A stretch of 63,453 nt of DNA, the filler included, from Octopus bimaculoides (lineage: Eukaryota): the NCBI RefSeq assembly GCF_001194135.2. It is 6 parts of 5 records of this genome, joined end to end, with 100 filler letters (N's around TTAATTAATTAA, not from the genome) between each part and the next. Parts side by side here need not be neighbours in the genome. Positions count along the whole stretch, not along the records: positions 46,679 to 54,346 come from NC_068983.1; positions 54,447 to 63,453 come from NC_069002.1; 4 more parts are not named here. One strand, 5' to 3'. Within the stretch, counting starts at the first letter, position 1; each line of letters starts with the position of its first letter. The notes beneath the pieces were generated by a model. The model saw only the letters and a list, made by a program, of their open reading frames with translations, was not told the origin of the DNA and did no database searches. Both the position numbers and the translations under genes were made by a program. This document shows positions 51,275-63,453 of the stretch, in pieces.

Positions 51275-52478
51275 TATATATATAGACTTATATATGTAAA
51301 GTAATTAGTTTATTTTTTTATAATTTTTTTTTTTTAAATAAGTGCATGTCCTCTGTAGGGCTTGTGAAAAGGGCACCATCTTCTTGGCATTGAAACTCCA
51401 AATGAGGTTCTATCTCTAAAGGGATCATCACAGCAAAACTATTTTTCCATAAAGGTAAACTTGAGGTTTCATGAATTTTTATGATAATCAAATCTCAAAC
51501 TTATTTCACACTTTGCTTGTTTGATAAGTCTGCACAAAGGGAGAGCTAGAAAGTTATTCTTTTGGTCTTTAAAGTGATTTGAGTTTTTGTGGTGTACTAT
51601 ATATTCTGTTTGGTCAACTGATTAAATTTTATGTATGCTAATGTTAATTTCCTGCATCTATTTGTTTCTAGTACGGAACAGTTTTCTACACTTTGCTTCT
51701 GTACCTTGTTAACCTCGTTCTCTCTGTTTTGGTCTTCCTTGCAATTAACAATGTCATTGTCAATGAAATTTACTTTATCCAATGTTAAACAATATCAAAC
51801 CACTATTTTCTCAATCACTTTGTGTCTTTACCTAGTGTTTTCTTTTCTGTTTTCTCTGTTTTCCTGATATGCATCAACTTGTCTATTCAGGTACACTCAT
51901 TTATTGCAACAACCTGATGTGTACCTCAATGTTCATTCGTCCATTTTGCTAAAAACCTTGCCAACCATTAAATATTTAAATGTTAGAATCTCAATATTTG
52001 TAAAATAATTATGACTAATCATTTACCAAATAGCTATCCCTAGTATAAAGGTTGACAGTTACAGATTGAGAAAGTCTTTAAAGCATCTGTTAGAATGCTT
52101 TACAATATTTTCATCCAGCTTCTTGTACTCTGAATTCAAACTCGACAAAAGGCCAACTTTGCTTTTCATCCTTCTGGAGTCAGAAAAACAAAGTATCATT
52201 TACTGCAATTTAAAAAGAGATGTACTGTCCAGTTTGTCATACCATGTCAAAGAAAGAAATTACTGGAGAGATCTTGTATATTTCAAGAGCTTTTAATAGC
52301 CATTCATGGGGAACACTGTGGAAAGATTTTCAGTAATAAACCCATGCAGTACTTTATTCTTTGTGTGATTATTTTCAAGTATCTATTGTTGTATTTCAGG
52401 ACGGTCATTTTTTTTTTGCCAAATAAGCACACATACTATATATTTATTCATCACTCATTTGGTATTAAAAAAATATAT

Positions 52479-52537
<59 letters not shown>

Positions 52538-53239
52538 CATATACATACTGACATGCTAGTATTCTAACAATCCTAACTTGAAATAAAGAAACAATGGAAG
52601 TGAAATGAAATATCTAGCTAAGTACTNNNNNNNNNNNNNNNNNNNNNNNNNNNNNNNNNNNNNNNNNNNNNNNNNNNNNNNNNNNNNNNNNNNNNNNNNN
52701 NNNNNNNNNNNNNNNNNNNNNNNNNNNNNNNNNNNNNNNNNNNNNNNNNNNNNNNNNNNNNNNNNNNNNNNNNNNNNNNNNNNNNNNNNNNNNNNNNNNN
52801 NNNNNNNNNNNNNNNNNNNNNNNNNNNNNNNNNNNNNNNNNNNNNNNNNNNNNNNNNNNNNNNNNNNNNNNNNNNNNNNNNNNNNNNNNNNNNNNNNNNN
52901 NNNNNNNNNNNNNNNNNNNNNNNNNNNNNNNNNNNNNNNNNNNNNNNNNNNNNNNNNNNNNNNNNNNNNNNNNNNNNNNNNNNNNNNNNNNNNNNNNNNN
53001 NNNNNNNNNNNNNNNNNNNNNNNNNNNNNNNNNNNNNNNNNNNNNNNNNNNNNNNNNNNNNNNNNNNNNNNNNNNNNNNNNNNNNNNNNNNNNNNNNNNN
53101 NNNNNNNNNNNNNNGTTGCCAAATTAACAATGAAGAGAACATACATATTTCTCCATTCCCACCTGCAGCTGCTGCTACACTACTACCACCACCACCACCA
53201 CCACCACCACCACTACCACCACCACTACTACTAGTAGTA

Positions 53240-53461
53240 GTTTCAAATTTAGGCACAAGGCCAGCAGTATAAGGGTAAGTGGGGGTAGTTAGTCAATCAC
53301 ATCAAACCCAGTACTTAACAGGTATGCATTTGATCGACCATGAAAAGATGAAAAGCAAAGTCAACATCAGTTGAATTTGAACTAAGAATGTAAAAAGTCA
53401 GAAGAAATGATGCTCAGCATTTTGTCCAATGTGCTAACAACTCTGCCAGCTTGCCACCTTA
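53240..53461 (-). mobile_element. SINE A, heavily CpG-decayed
   Basis: gtcaacatcagttg, aatgta, tccaatgtg and cttgccacc versus gtcgacctcggcgg, aacgta, cccggcgtg and ctcgccgcc. Confidence 0.8.
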
Positions 53462-54016
53462 ATGATAATAATGATGATGATGATAATAAATGTCTAAATG
53501 TCCTGATACAGTACCAGGCAGTGGCTCTCATGGCTTCTGATCTTAACTGATTGGAAGTGTTATCATGTACATTGATTTGCCTTGGTATAAAAAGATGGGC
53601 TACAGCAAATATTCTGCTCAAAACCACAAATTTGCTTGTCACTTGCTTGACCTTAACCAGTTGAACATGTCCCTTGGTGGCTAACGATATGTGCATCTCT
53701 GATCATGAGCAGAAGTAGTGGGGGAGCATCATAGCCATGTGTGGAGGGAGATTTTTTGAGGTTTGAGTAATTCACCTCTGGAAACATTGGTGTTTCATTG
53801 ATTACCCTTAAACAACCCTTTTTCAGGGTCTTTTTGAGCAGAATGAGCTACTTGACCTGATGAAGATACTAACTGGGCTCCACTTGCAAGGTCATGCACT
53901 GTTTATCTTGACATAAGGTCATCATGTCATGCACATATGGTTGTGGTGCATGAGCCTGGTGTACCCTTATCAGATGAGTAGTTATGATGGGTACACTGGG
54001 CTTCATATATTTCACC

Positions 54017-54346
54017 AATCTTCAACATTCCAGAGAGGGGGATTTGAGAGGTGAAGGGGAGGGAGGAATCTTCAACATTCCAGAGAGAGGGATTTGAGGG
54101 GTGAAGGAGAGGAAGGGTAGGAAGGAATCTTCAACATTCCAGAGAGGGGGATTTGAGAGGTGAAGTGGGGAAGGGTAGGAAGGAATCTTCAACATTCCAG
54201 AGAGGGGGATTTGAGAGGTGAAGGGGAGGAATGAATCTTCAACATTTCAGAGAGGGGGATTTAAGAGGTGAAGGGGAGGAAGGGGAGTAATGAATCTTCA
54301 ACATTCCAGAGAGGGGGATTTAAGAGGTGAAGGGGAGGAATGAATT
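54017..54346. repeat. G/A-rich minisatellite, six units of 50-59 bp, runs into the spacer
   Basis: aatcttcaacattccagagagggggattt(g/a)agaggtgaagggga... Confidence 0.92.
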
Positions 54347-54446
54347 NNNNNNNNNNNNNNNNNNNNNNNNNNNNNNNNNNNNNNNNNNNNTTAATTAATT
54401 AANNNNNNNNNNNNNNNNNNNNNNNNNNNNNNNNNNNNNNNNNNNN
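54347..54446. other. Artificial scaffold spacer
   Basis: N44-TTAATTAATTAA-N44. Confidence 0.95.
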
Positions 54447-54824
54447 GGGTGAAATTCAAAATTATGTTTAAACGCTCTCGCGTGAAAAATATTAGCAAGA
54501 AATTTTATAAGCATTTTGGTTTTTAATTAAGAAAGCAATTTCCAGAATGGCAGGTAAAAGACCATTTAGAGGAAAATCTACAAAAGATGACAGCAACAAA
54601 ATACACACACACGAAAACACACACACACACAAACACACACACATGCATACAGACACACACATATATGTAAATAAATACTCATAGGTTATATATGTTTACA
54701 TATAATCGCACTGAGCATACAAACACACACAAACGCACACGTATGTGCATCCTCTGTGGGTACATTTATTTGTTTGTGAGTGTGCATATTGCATGTATGA
54801 AAGATAGACAGAGATTAAGGGTGT

Positions 54825-54874
<50 letters not shown>

Positions 54875-55389
54875 TGAGAGAGAAAGAGTGTGTGTTTGTG
54901 TGAGGGTGGGTATGTGGGTGTATACGTGTATGTGTACATGTGTGTCAGCTGGAACTCTTTGCTATCAAATTATCTGAAAAGCGTCTTCAGTATCATTGAA
55001 GGAGAAAGCAATATACAGAGGGAGAGAGATTGAGAAAGAGAGAGAGAGAACGAGAGAGAGAGGAAGAGAGTAAAAGAGAAGGACTGAGAGACAGAGAGGC
55101 AGAGAGAAAGAGAGAGAAGAGGAGAGAGAGAGAAGTGGAGAGAGAGAGAAGAGGAGATAGAGAGAAAGAGAGTAGAGAGAAAGGAATAAAGAGAAAAAGA
55201 GAGAGAGAGAGAAAGATATGCAACTCGTGGCTATGAAATGACCTTAAAAACGTATTCAGTGCAAGTGTATAAACAATGCTTTATATGAAACATCTCAGAG
55301 CTGGGATACTTACCAAGACCTGGCAGGAATTATTTCATGACGTTTACATGCGAATATTACAAGAAATGCTGAATAATTGTGGGCTCTGT

Positions 55390-56009
55390 AGTGGCTGTGT
55401 GGTAAGCAGCTTGCTTACTAACCACTTAGTTCTGGGTTCAGTCCCACTGCGTGGCACCTTGGGCAAGTGTCTTCTACTATAGCCTCAGCCGACCGAAGCC
55501 TTGTGAGTGGATTTAGTAGACGGAAACTAAAAGAAGCCCGTCGTATGTATGTATATGTATATGTACATATATATATATATATNNNNNNNNNNNNNNNNNN
55601 NNNNNNNNNNNNNNNNNNNNNNNNNNNNNNNNNNNNNNNNNNNNNNNNNNNNNNNNNNNNNNNNNNNNNNNNNNNNNNNNNNNNNNNNNNNNNNNNNNNN
55701 NNNNNNNNNNNNNNNNNNNNNNNNNNNNNNNNNNNNNNNNNNNNNNNNNNNNNNNNNNNNNNNNNNNNNNNNNNNNNNNNNNNNNNNNNNNNNNNNNNNN
55801 NNNNNNNNNNNNNNNNNNNNNNNNNNNNNNNNNNNNNNNNNNNNNNNNNNNNNNNNNNNNNNNNNNNNNNNNNNNNNNNNNNNNNNNNNNNNNNNNNNNN
55901 NNNNNNNNNNNNNNNNNNNNNNNNNNNNNNNNNNNNNNNNNNNNNNNNNNNNNNNNNNNNNNNNNNNNNNNNNNNNNNNNNNNNNNNNNNNNNNNNNNNN
56001 NNNNNNNNN

Positions 56010-56046
<37 letters not shown>

Positions 56047-56258
56047 ATCTGTGTTTGTCCTCCCACCGTCGCTTTTCAACCGATGTCAGTGTGTTTACGT
56101 TCACGTAACTTAGTGGTTCGGCAAAAGAGACCGATACAATAAGTACTAGGCTTACAAAGAATAAGTCCTGGGGTCGATTTGTCCGACTCAAATGCAGTGT
56201 ACCAGCATGGCTGCAGTCAAACGACTGAAACAGATAAATGAATAAAAGAATAAGAGAA
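55390..56258 (+). mobile_element. Composite SINE C/D whose internal microsatellite spans an assembly gap
   Basis: Head 55390-55546, repeat/gap to about 56045, body and tail to 56258. Confidence 0.85.
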
Positions 56259-56499
56259 TTCTGGAAATAAACCTTCCAACCTAATCATCGGAATACTGTA
56301 TGGCAGTCATCATACATTCCGTGATGTTATTAGTGGCCTGTGCCCCTGATAAAAGATTGGTGGAGACTTAAGCAAGAATTCATTAGCGATGTTTTCCTTT
56401 GGAAAACTGACATATATTAAAGACGGAGGGTGTCCAGCAAAAACCTTTGAATGGTCATATGTGCCCGGACAATATGTATATATATATTCTTTTACTTGT

Positions 56500-56890
56500 T
56501 TTAGTCATTTCATTGCCACCATGCTGGAGCACTACTTTGAAAGATTTTAGTAGAACAAATCGAACCCAGGACTCTTTTTTTAAGCCTAGTACTTATTCTA
56601 TCGGTTTCTTTTGCCGAACTGCTATGTTACGGGGACTTAAACACACCAGTACCAGTTGTGAAACGCTGATAAGGAGAACTAACAAAGACACAAAGATACA
56701 CACATAGATACAAACAGACACACACACACACACATATACGACGGGCTTCTTTCATTTTCCTTCTACCAATTTCTCACAAGGCTTTGGTCGGCCCGAGGCT
56801 ATAGTAGAAGAACTTGCCCGTGGTGCCACGCAGTGGGAATGAACTCGAAACCATATTGTCGGGAAGCTTCTTGCCATACAGACACGCCTG
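56500..56890 (-). mobile_element. Complete composite SINE C/D
   Basis: Aligns end to end with 38140-38498. Confidence 0.85.
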
Positions 56891-56894
56891 TCCC

Positions 56895-56988
<94 letters not shown>

Positions 56989-57424
56989 TGAAATGAGGAA
57001 TAAGGAGAGCTTCTAATAATAAAGAATGTTAAAAAGAAACTTTATATTTCGAGCGCAAAGGCCTATTATCAGCAGATTACAATCGAAGAAATGTATATTT
57101 ACCTATATTCTGCCATTTTGGATAGCCCAAATGCTAGAGTTAGCAGCAGCAGTCCCAGATTTTGTTGTAGAAGTTAAAAGCAACAACTTTCTAAATTTTG
57201 TAGTTGATGTGATATTGCTTTTACAATATGAAAATTTGTGGAAAAAAAACAAAACAAAACAAAAAACAAAAGCAAGATTAACACAAACAGGCTGCGTGCA
57301 ACCGATGGAGCCCGTATGGTAGTGTTCTGATGTTTCTAATACAATTTTTGTTTGCTTATGTTCTACAATTTGTTGATTTATCCTTATTTTCTTCCCTGCA
57401 TTTTTTAAATTGTAAAGGTAATCA

Positions 57425-57478
<54 letters not shown>

Positions 57479-58003
57479 AGTCATACAAAAGTATACATTA
57501 GATGACAAAAGTATAAGAAATCCTTTTAATATCTCTCAAGGCTAAAACCCACGTAAGCACATAAAATGGCGTGATTCATGTATAAAAGTAAAGTTTTATA
57601 AACGACATTAGAAAATGTAAGGTATAAAAGGTAGATAGAACAGCAGCAAATGTGAACGAAGTGGGAAATCTTCAATATTGGATCAAAGGGAAACAGAATT
57701 CTAATACAGCTCTTATAGAGAAAATACTGTTAAAGTTTTATAGGGTATTACGAAACAACGAGGGGAAATGTAAAAGGTACGACTATAAAAATGAATATTT
57801 AAGATTAAAACGTGTTGAGAAACTCATATCGTAAGGAAATAAACAAATATATAAATAAGTAAATACATAAATAAATTAATAAATAGATAAATAAATAAAT
57901 GAATAAACAAATAAATGGAATAGAAGAAAGAAAATGACGTAGAAGCAAAAAAGTTCAATAGGAAGTGTAGGGGAGAGTAAAATTATTTAGAATAAAGTAA
58001 ATG

Positions 58004-58332
58004 AAGACGCCTGACTTAGTGGTTAGGCTCACGATCGTAGGGTCGTGAGTTCAATTCCCAGTGACGCGTTATGTGTCACTGGGAATTGAACATGAAGTAA
58101 AGACATTTTACTTCATGTTGTTCCAGTCCACTCAGCTGGCAAATATGAAGAGTACCTGTATTTCAAAGGGCCAGCCTTGTCCCATTCTGTGTCATACCGA
58201 ATCTCCGCAATTACTACGTTAAGAGTGCACGTTTCTGTGAAGTACTCAGCCACATGTGCGTTGATTTCACGAGGAGGTTGTTCCGTTGATCGTATCAACT
58301 GGAATCCTTGTCGTCGTGATCGATGCAGTTCC
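58004..58332 (+). mobile_element. SINE with E-type head and H-type tail
   Basis: Head matches 36545-36670; tail ttcaaagggccagccttgt...tgttccgttgatcg matches 2210-2380. Confidence 0.8.
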
Positions 58333-58619
58333 AGTGAAAATAACCGTTCGAATATTTTACTGAAGAACCACAATGCTGAAATTTCTAAAATTAAAAATCA
58401 AATATTTATAAATTTTCAGAAATAGAATTTAAAGTTAAGAGTATTATCAAGTTTCAAATTAAGAGTTCGGGTCAGTGTTAAATAGATGAAGGCGATTTAG
58501 CAAGTATTAGGCTGTTAGTTTATTTAGCAAGATTATAAGGAAATAATTTCTGTCGTGAATCCTTAGACTCATAAGGCTAGAAAGCCAGCTTCCTTGGCTT
58601 AGAAGTGACCGAGATCACA

Positions 58620-58772
58620 ACATTCAGCCTTGAACGGGTTGCCAGTCAACGCAGAGTTAGTTATTTACGCATGAATGCACTAGAGCAGCTTGAAATGATG
58701 TATTTTGCTCAAGAGCACACCGCACCACCCGATCTGAGAATCGAAACACTGTAGCCACTAGGCCACGCGCAT
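58620..58772 (-). mobile_element. Degenerate E-type SINE head
   Basis: ttgctcaagagcacac...gaatcgaaac...ccactaggccacgcgc. Confidence 0.6.
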
Positions 58773-58864
58773 TAATATACCACGGAATTAAAGATCAGTG
58801 GAAATAGTTCTCATTCGGAGTTCATAGCAAAGATATGAGAAGTCAGAGATGAAATATGTTTCAA

Positions 58865-59265
58865 ATTTTGGCACAAGGCCAGCAAGTTCGTAGAATAGAT
58901 TTAATCAATTATATGGACCTCAGTGCTTGACTGGTATGCATTTCATCGACTACCAAAAGATAAAAGGCAAAGTCAACCTTAACGGAAATTGAACTCGGAA
59001 CGTTAAGATGGACGAAGTGGCGCTAAGCATTCTGTGCAATGTGCTATTGATTCTACCCGCTCGCCACCTGTCAGAAATTAAATACTGGTTTCAAATTATG
59101 GCACAAGGCCAGCAATTTTGCAGAGTGGTGTTCAACTGCGACTTATTTTATCGACTCCGAAATGATAGAAAGCAAAGGCAACTTCGCCGGAATTTTAACT
59201 CAGAGCGTAAGGACGAACCAAATGCCGTTAAGCATTTTGTCCGGCGTGCTATCAACTATACCAGC
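58865..59265 (-). mobile_element. Two adjacent SINE A variants
   Basis: ggcacaaggccagca at 58870 and 59100, each followed by core and head. Confidence 0.8.
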
Positions 59266-60350
59266 TGGATGCCCCTCAGAGATGAAATATTAGTAGTTGT
59301 TGGATGTGAAGGGCTACAAAGGAATATTTAATACGAAATCACGACTTAAATAAATGGAAATAGTTAATTAAGCTAGAGCAAGTGAAATAATGGGAATTGG
59401 GATAATTAATAGTTCGAATTAATCAAGAACACGATAAAATATATTGCAGTAAATTAAGAAGTATAAAAATTAAACTGTTTAGAGATATAAGTAAAAGTTA
59501 TAAAATAGTGCAAGTCACGCTAAATGTTAAAAATTGATGTGAAGGATAAATTATAATTTGAAATAATTGGGAAGATCTTAAGATTTTTGGGATAAAAGAA
59601 ACTTATCTTCCAGAATGTCTTTTAGTCAGGGAGTTCTTAGCAAAAAGCAATTTCAGATTCTCCTGCTGTCAGAAGGTTTTCAAATCTTCTTCTCATCCAA
59701 ATACGATTTAACTTTGTAATGATTTCCCAGTCACGATTATTAGCTATGTTTTTATTCTTTAGATTTCACGTATAAATTAAACTAGGTGTAATCTTGCATC
59801 AACAAAGGATTTTTGACAGATCGTTTGTTGATTATATTGTGTTTTAGAGGGATTAACAATGAGGCTGATCTATTGTAGAGTTGGATGCTATTCATGAAAC
59901 GAAAAGGGCTCGACTAAGGTTTTACTACAAGTGCAACTGATAGAAGATATACTGGTAATTCTAGATTGACTTATATTCATTATGCTGAGACGTAATAATC
60001 TAAACAAAGCTTGGTGTGGTAGAAAAAGCTAGGGTGTTGCTTTTTTTAAGCAAAGTGTTATTATATTGATGGCTACTTCCCGTTTATAGGGCGAGATAGG
60101 CTAACTGATTTCTAATCCTATTTTACGGTTAGATCGCAAAGATATAAAAGTTGCCCTTTAGAGCCGCCTGTCAGTAAAATTTCATTGTAGGAAAACTTAC
60201 CTTTAAAAATGTGCTCTTTTACAAACGATTCTAAATTTTAAGGAACCGTTCTTAACCAGAACATTTTTAAAAAGCCCGAAATTCAACCTAGGATTCCTTG
60301 GTTTTTTGTTTTTGTTTGATTATATCGTCATTTCTGTTCCATTCTAACAG

Positions 60351-60392
60351 ACCTGTCCGACGAACGGGAACGTGAAACTCTGAGTAACAGTT
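60351..60392 (+). ncRNA. Minimal type I hammerhead-like motif with a U4C change
   Basis: CUGU-CCGACGA-ACG(GGAA)CGU-GAAA-CUC(U)GAG-UA-ACAG; stem I CUGU/ACAG, GUA triplet. Confidence 0.65.
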
Positions 60393-60498
60393 TTTGTGAT
60401 ATTTCTGCTGCTTTTAAATAAAGCAGATTACTCTACCTCTGGTATTTGAGTACTCTTTTTTTCCACCTTGTTTCACATTTATGTGCTTACTCCGGTAT

Positions 60499-60544
<46 letters not shown>

Positions 60545-62659
60545 GAACATACATAAAGACACACATATATACAAACATATATATAAGTGTGCGTATAAAC
60601 AGATGCAAAAATAATTTTTAAAGAACTAATACTCTCACTTATAAGATGTTGGCTGCTAACCATATATGGTCAATTATTGAATATTTTATAGCATAGAAAG
60701 CCCGGCCATTCACGTGACATTTATATAATTCGAATTGTATTGAAAATCGTAAATTATAAATTCATAAACATAGATCAATAATAATCAATGTTATAATATT
60801 AATTCATATCGATAAACAACATATTTCTGAAATAAAGGAACTGTCTCTTGTTATGACACAGGGAATCGATACCATTCAGAATATAAATTAATTAAGGTAT
60901 CTTTATTAATGTCTGATGCAATAACTACTCTTATATTTAATGTGTGTGTGTTTGTGGGTGTTGTGAATGTTTGTGTTTGTGTGTTGTATATGTGTTTTCC
61001 CGTTTATTATTTTTTAAACAAGTTTATTAATAAGAACGAAATATTTTTCAACAACACATCCCACGCATGTAAATCCAGGAACAAGCTCCATTTGACTGAT
61101 CTAATTTTAAAATTTCACCGTAAAAGTGAAAACTGCAAACTTAGTGGTTCTGTTACATTGGCTACACAAGTACAACACTCTCTTGTAAGCCAACATGCAT
61201 TTACAACAAAGAGAAATTGCAAACCATTAGAGAAGGAAGTTTTCCTGTTTTCCTATATACAGCAATGCAATCCTTACACCCAACGCTCACTGTTTTGGAG
61301 ACCTATTTTGCAATTTCCAAACATTTCTGTACAAACGGTAAATGAAACTTATTTCATAAACCTATAGAATCGCCAAGAAGTTTCAGCTACGTTTAAATTT
61401 TATATTACATAACTACATTTAGTTTTAATATATTCTTAGATTTGGTCGTACATCTAAACTCTCCGCATGTACAACATATTACAATCACTATGCACAAAAA
61501 TAGGATACTCGACAATATCTAATGTTTCTATATTATTTTCACCAAGTCAAAAATTATGACACAATATCTATAATTTTGTGGTTGTGTGGTAACATGAAAT
61601 ATACCTCAGCCCATACATGTGTACGGTATCAGAACGACTGTTATGTTTAGTAAAGGAGTGGGCATCCTTCAACTTTTTCCACCTAAGAATTTTAGCCCAA
61701 TATTTAAATGTTGTTATTTATAGTTTAATCTACATCGAGTTCAACCATTTAAACCAATTAATTCATGTCCTTCCAAGTCTCTGCCAATAGGCAAATAGAC
61801 GGTTTCTAACCTAGATCCAAGGTTACTTCATTGAAATTTTAACATCAACAGGGTATTTTTTTACGTACGTACGTGCATCTGCAAGTTGTTTAAAAAATCT
61901 AATTTATTCCTTACTGCACTGCATAAAAATATGCATTATCAACGTGATAGTGTTTTTAAATTTTCTAGAGCAATACAGGGAAATATCATTACCACGAGCA
62001 TATAAATAAAACTCGCTTCATTTGAAACCAGTTTGATAAGTGCCAACGGACGAAATTCTCAGTATTTGGGCCAATCTGTAACTTCTGCCGAGTGTTTTAT
62101 ACCCATGGATAACTCTTCACAATCTTTAGACGATTAAGAACTCAGCTTCATACGCAAACATCGACGTCATTTGTGTGTGTGCATGTGTGTGCGTGCACGG
62201 ATGTATATGTGCATGGTTGTGTGCGTGTTTGGGTCAGCCATGTTTTGAGTTATGCTAGACGTTTAGTTTTTGTTTTAACTTGAAAATTATATTAGGAAAA
62301 CTAATATATTTTTTCCGTAAATTGATTTGTTGGTTTACAGAACATTTGAAATGAGAAGATTTGAAAAAGAAACAATTTTCAAACTGGAGATTAATATTTG
62401 CACAGGAATAAATTGTCGGTTTATGAAAATATAAATAGACGGTTTTATTGAATCAACGCAAACTATCGATAGATTTGTTTAAGTAGGGGAAACTGGAATT
62501 GGTATTAAATTAGAAAACAGAATAGCAAGTGGAAAGAAAACATAAACCAAGATTGACACTGCGATAAACAAGCTCGCAGGGTTATTACGTGTTCTCGAGT
62601 TCGATACAATAGCGTACTTTGGACAAATTTCTTCTATTTGAACTAAAGTTTACCATCCG

Positions 62660-62941
62660 AGGCACAAGTCCGGGTAAGATTGTTTATGGAAGACCAGCAG
62701 TCGCCCATGCATAACAGATTCCCCTCTCCATGCCACCGATGTTATCCAAGGGAAAGGCAAAAGTTGATACAGCTTGGCACTAGTGACGTCGCAACTCATT
62801 TCTACAGCTGAGTGAACTGGAGCAACGTGAAATCATGTGTCTTGCTCAAGAACACAACACTCAGGCCGGTTCGGGAATTGAACTCACAACATCACAATCG
62901 TAGGGTCGACGCTCTGATCACTGTGCCATGTACCTTCACTA
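62660..62941 (-). mobile_element. SINE group E
   Basis: Reverse complement of 36531-36815. Confidence 0.88.
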
Positions 62942-63453
62942 TCAGAACTACGTGCTAAGTAAACATTTGTATGTATGTTTGTAAATATATATGTTTGTAT
63001 GTATGTATGTATAAATGAAGATTTGTGTTTTTGTTTTAATCTAATGTACCTATGAAGATAGGTACAAATAGGAATTCATATTATGTATGTATGTCTGTAT
63101 GTATGTATGTATGTATGTATGTACGTAGTACGTATGTATGTATGTATGTATGTATGTATGTATGTATGTATGTATGTACGAATGCATGTAACACAGCCTT
63201 CTCTTCCTTATGACTCTCCCCTTTACGTCCCTGCAACACTTTACATAATTTTTTTTTAACCCCCCCCCCTCGTCCCCCTTACATTATATCCATTATTCTC
63301 TTGTTATTAGACTTACTTTTTTCTACTTTTTATCTCACCACTACCTACACGCACAAATACCCACACACCTTACATATATACCGCCCACATACATGACAAA
63401 CATACATACGCGCCCTCACACACACATAGCCGAACGCACATATATACACACAC

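Noticed and set aside
51597-51900. Acidic/Asn-rich minus ORF (61 aa)
   Set aside because: Stops upstream in the same frame, no splice support and no known motif.
59500-60300. Possible PLE RT remnant on minus next to the type I hammerhead
   Set aside because: Motifs are too decayed to call by eye. A tBLASTn or HMM hit would make it a feature and link the ribozyme to a PLE.

Overview
AT-rich animal (eukaryotic) genomic DNA with many assembly gaps and dense microsatellites. The SINE repertoire and repeat landscape look like a coleoid cephalopod, probably Octopus; this is inference and no database was searched. I cannot support any host protein-coding gene. Recognisable coding content is decayed transposon sequence: a Penelope-like RT (12.4-13.7 kb), mariner and Tc1 transposase fragments, a Chapaev3/CMC-like transposase with two stops, a CR1-like LINE, RTE-like LINEs and R4/Dong-like fragments. 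At least three groups of tRNA-derived SINEs occur in about 30 copies, including fixed-junction dimers and a trimer. Five identical 100-bp N44-TTAATTAATTAA-N44 spacers are scaffolding artefacts. The strongest lead is a repeat family with three copies (10.5 kb +, 37.5 kb -, 46.2 kb -). It carries a hammerhead ribozyme core (CUGAUGA, GAAA, NUH) with stems I-III in register and covarying, but the three strands are in a non-circularly permuted, pseudoknotted order. A second, unrelated repeat carries a minimal type I hammerhead at 60.35 kb. All RNA folds are by eye, and catalytic activity is untested.
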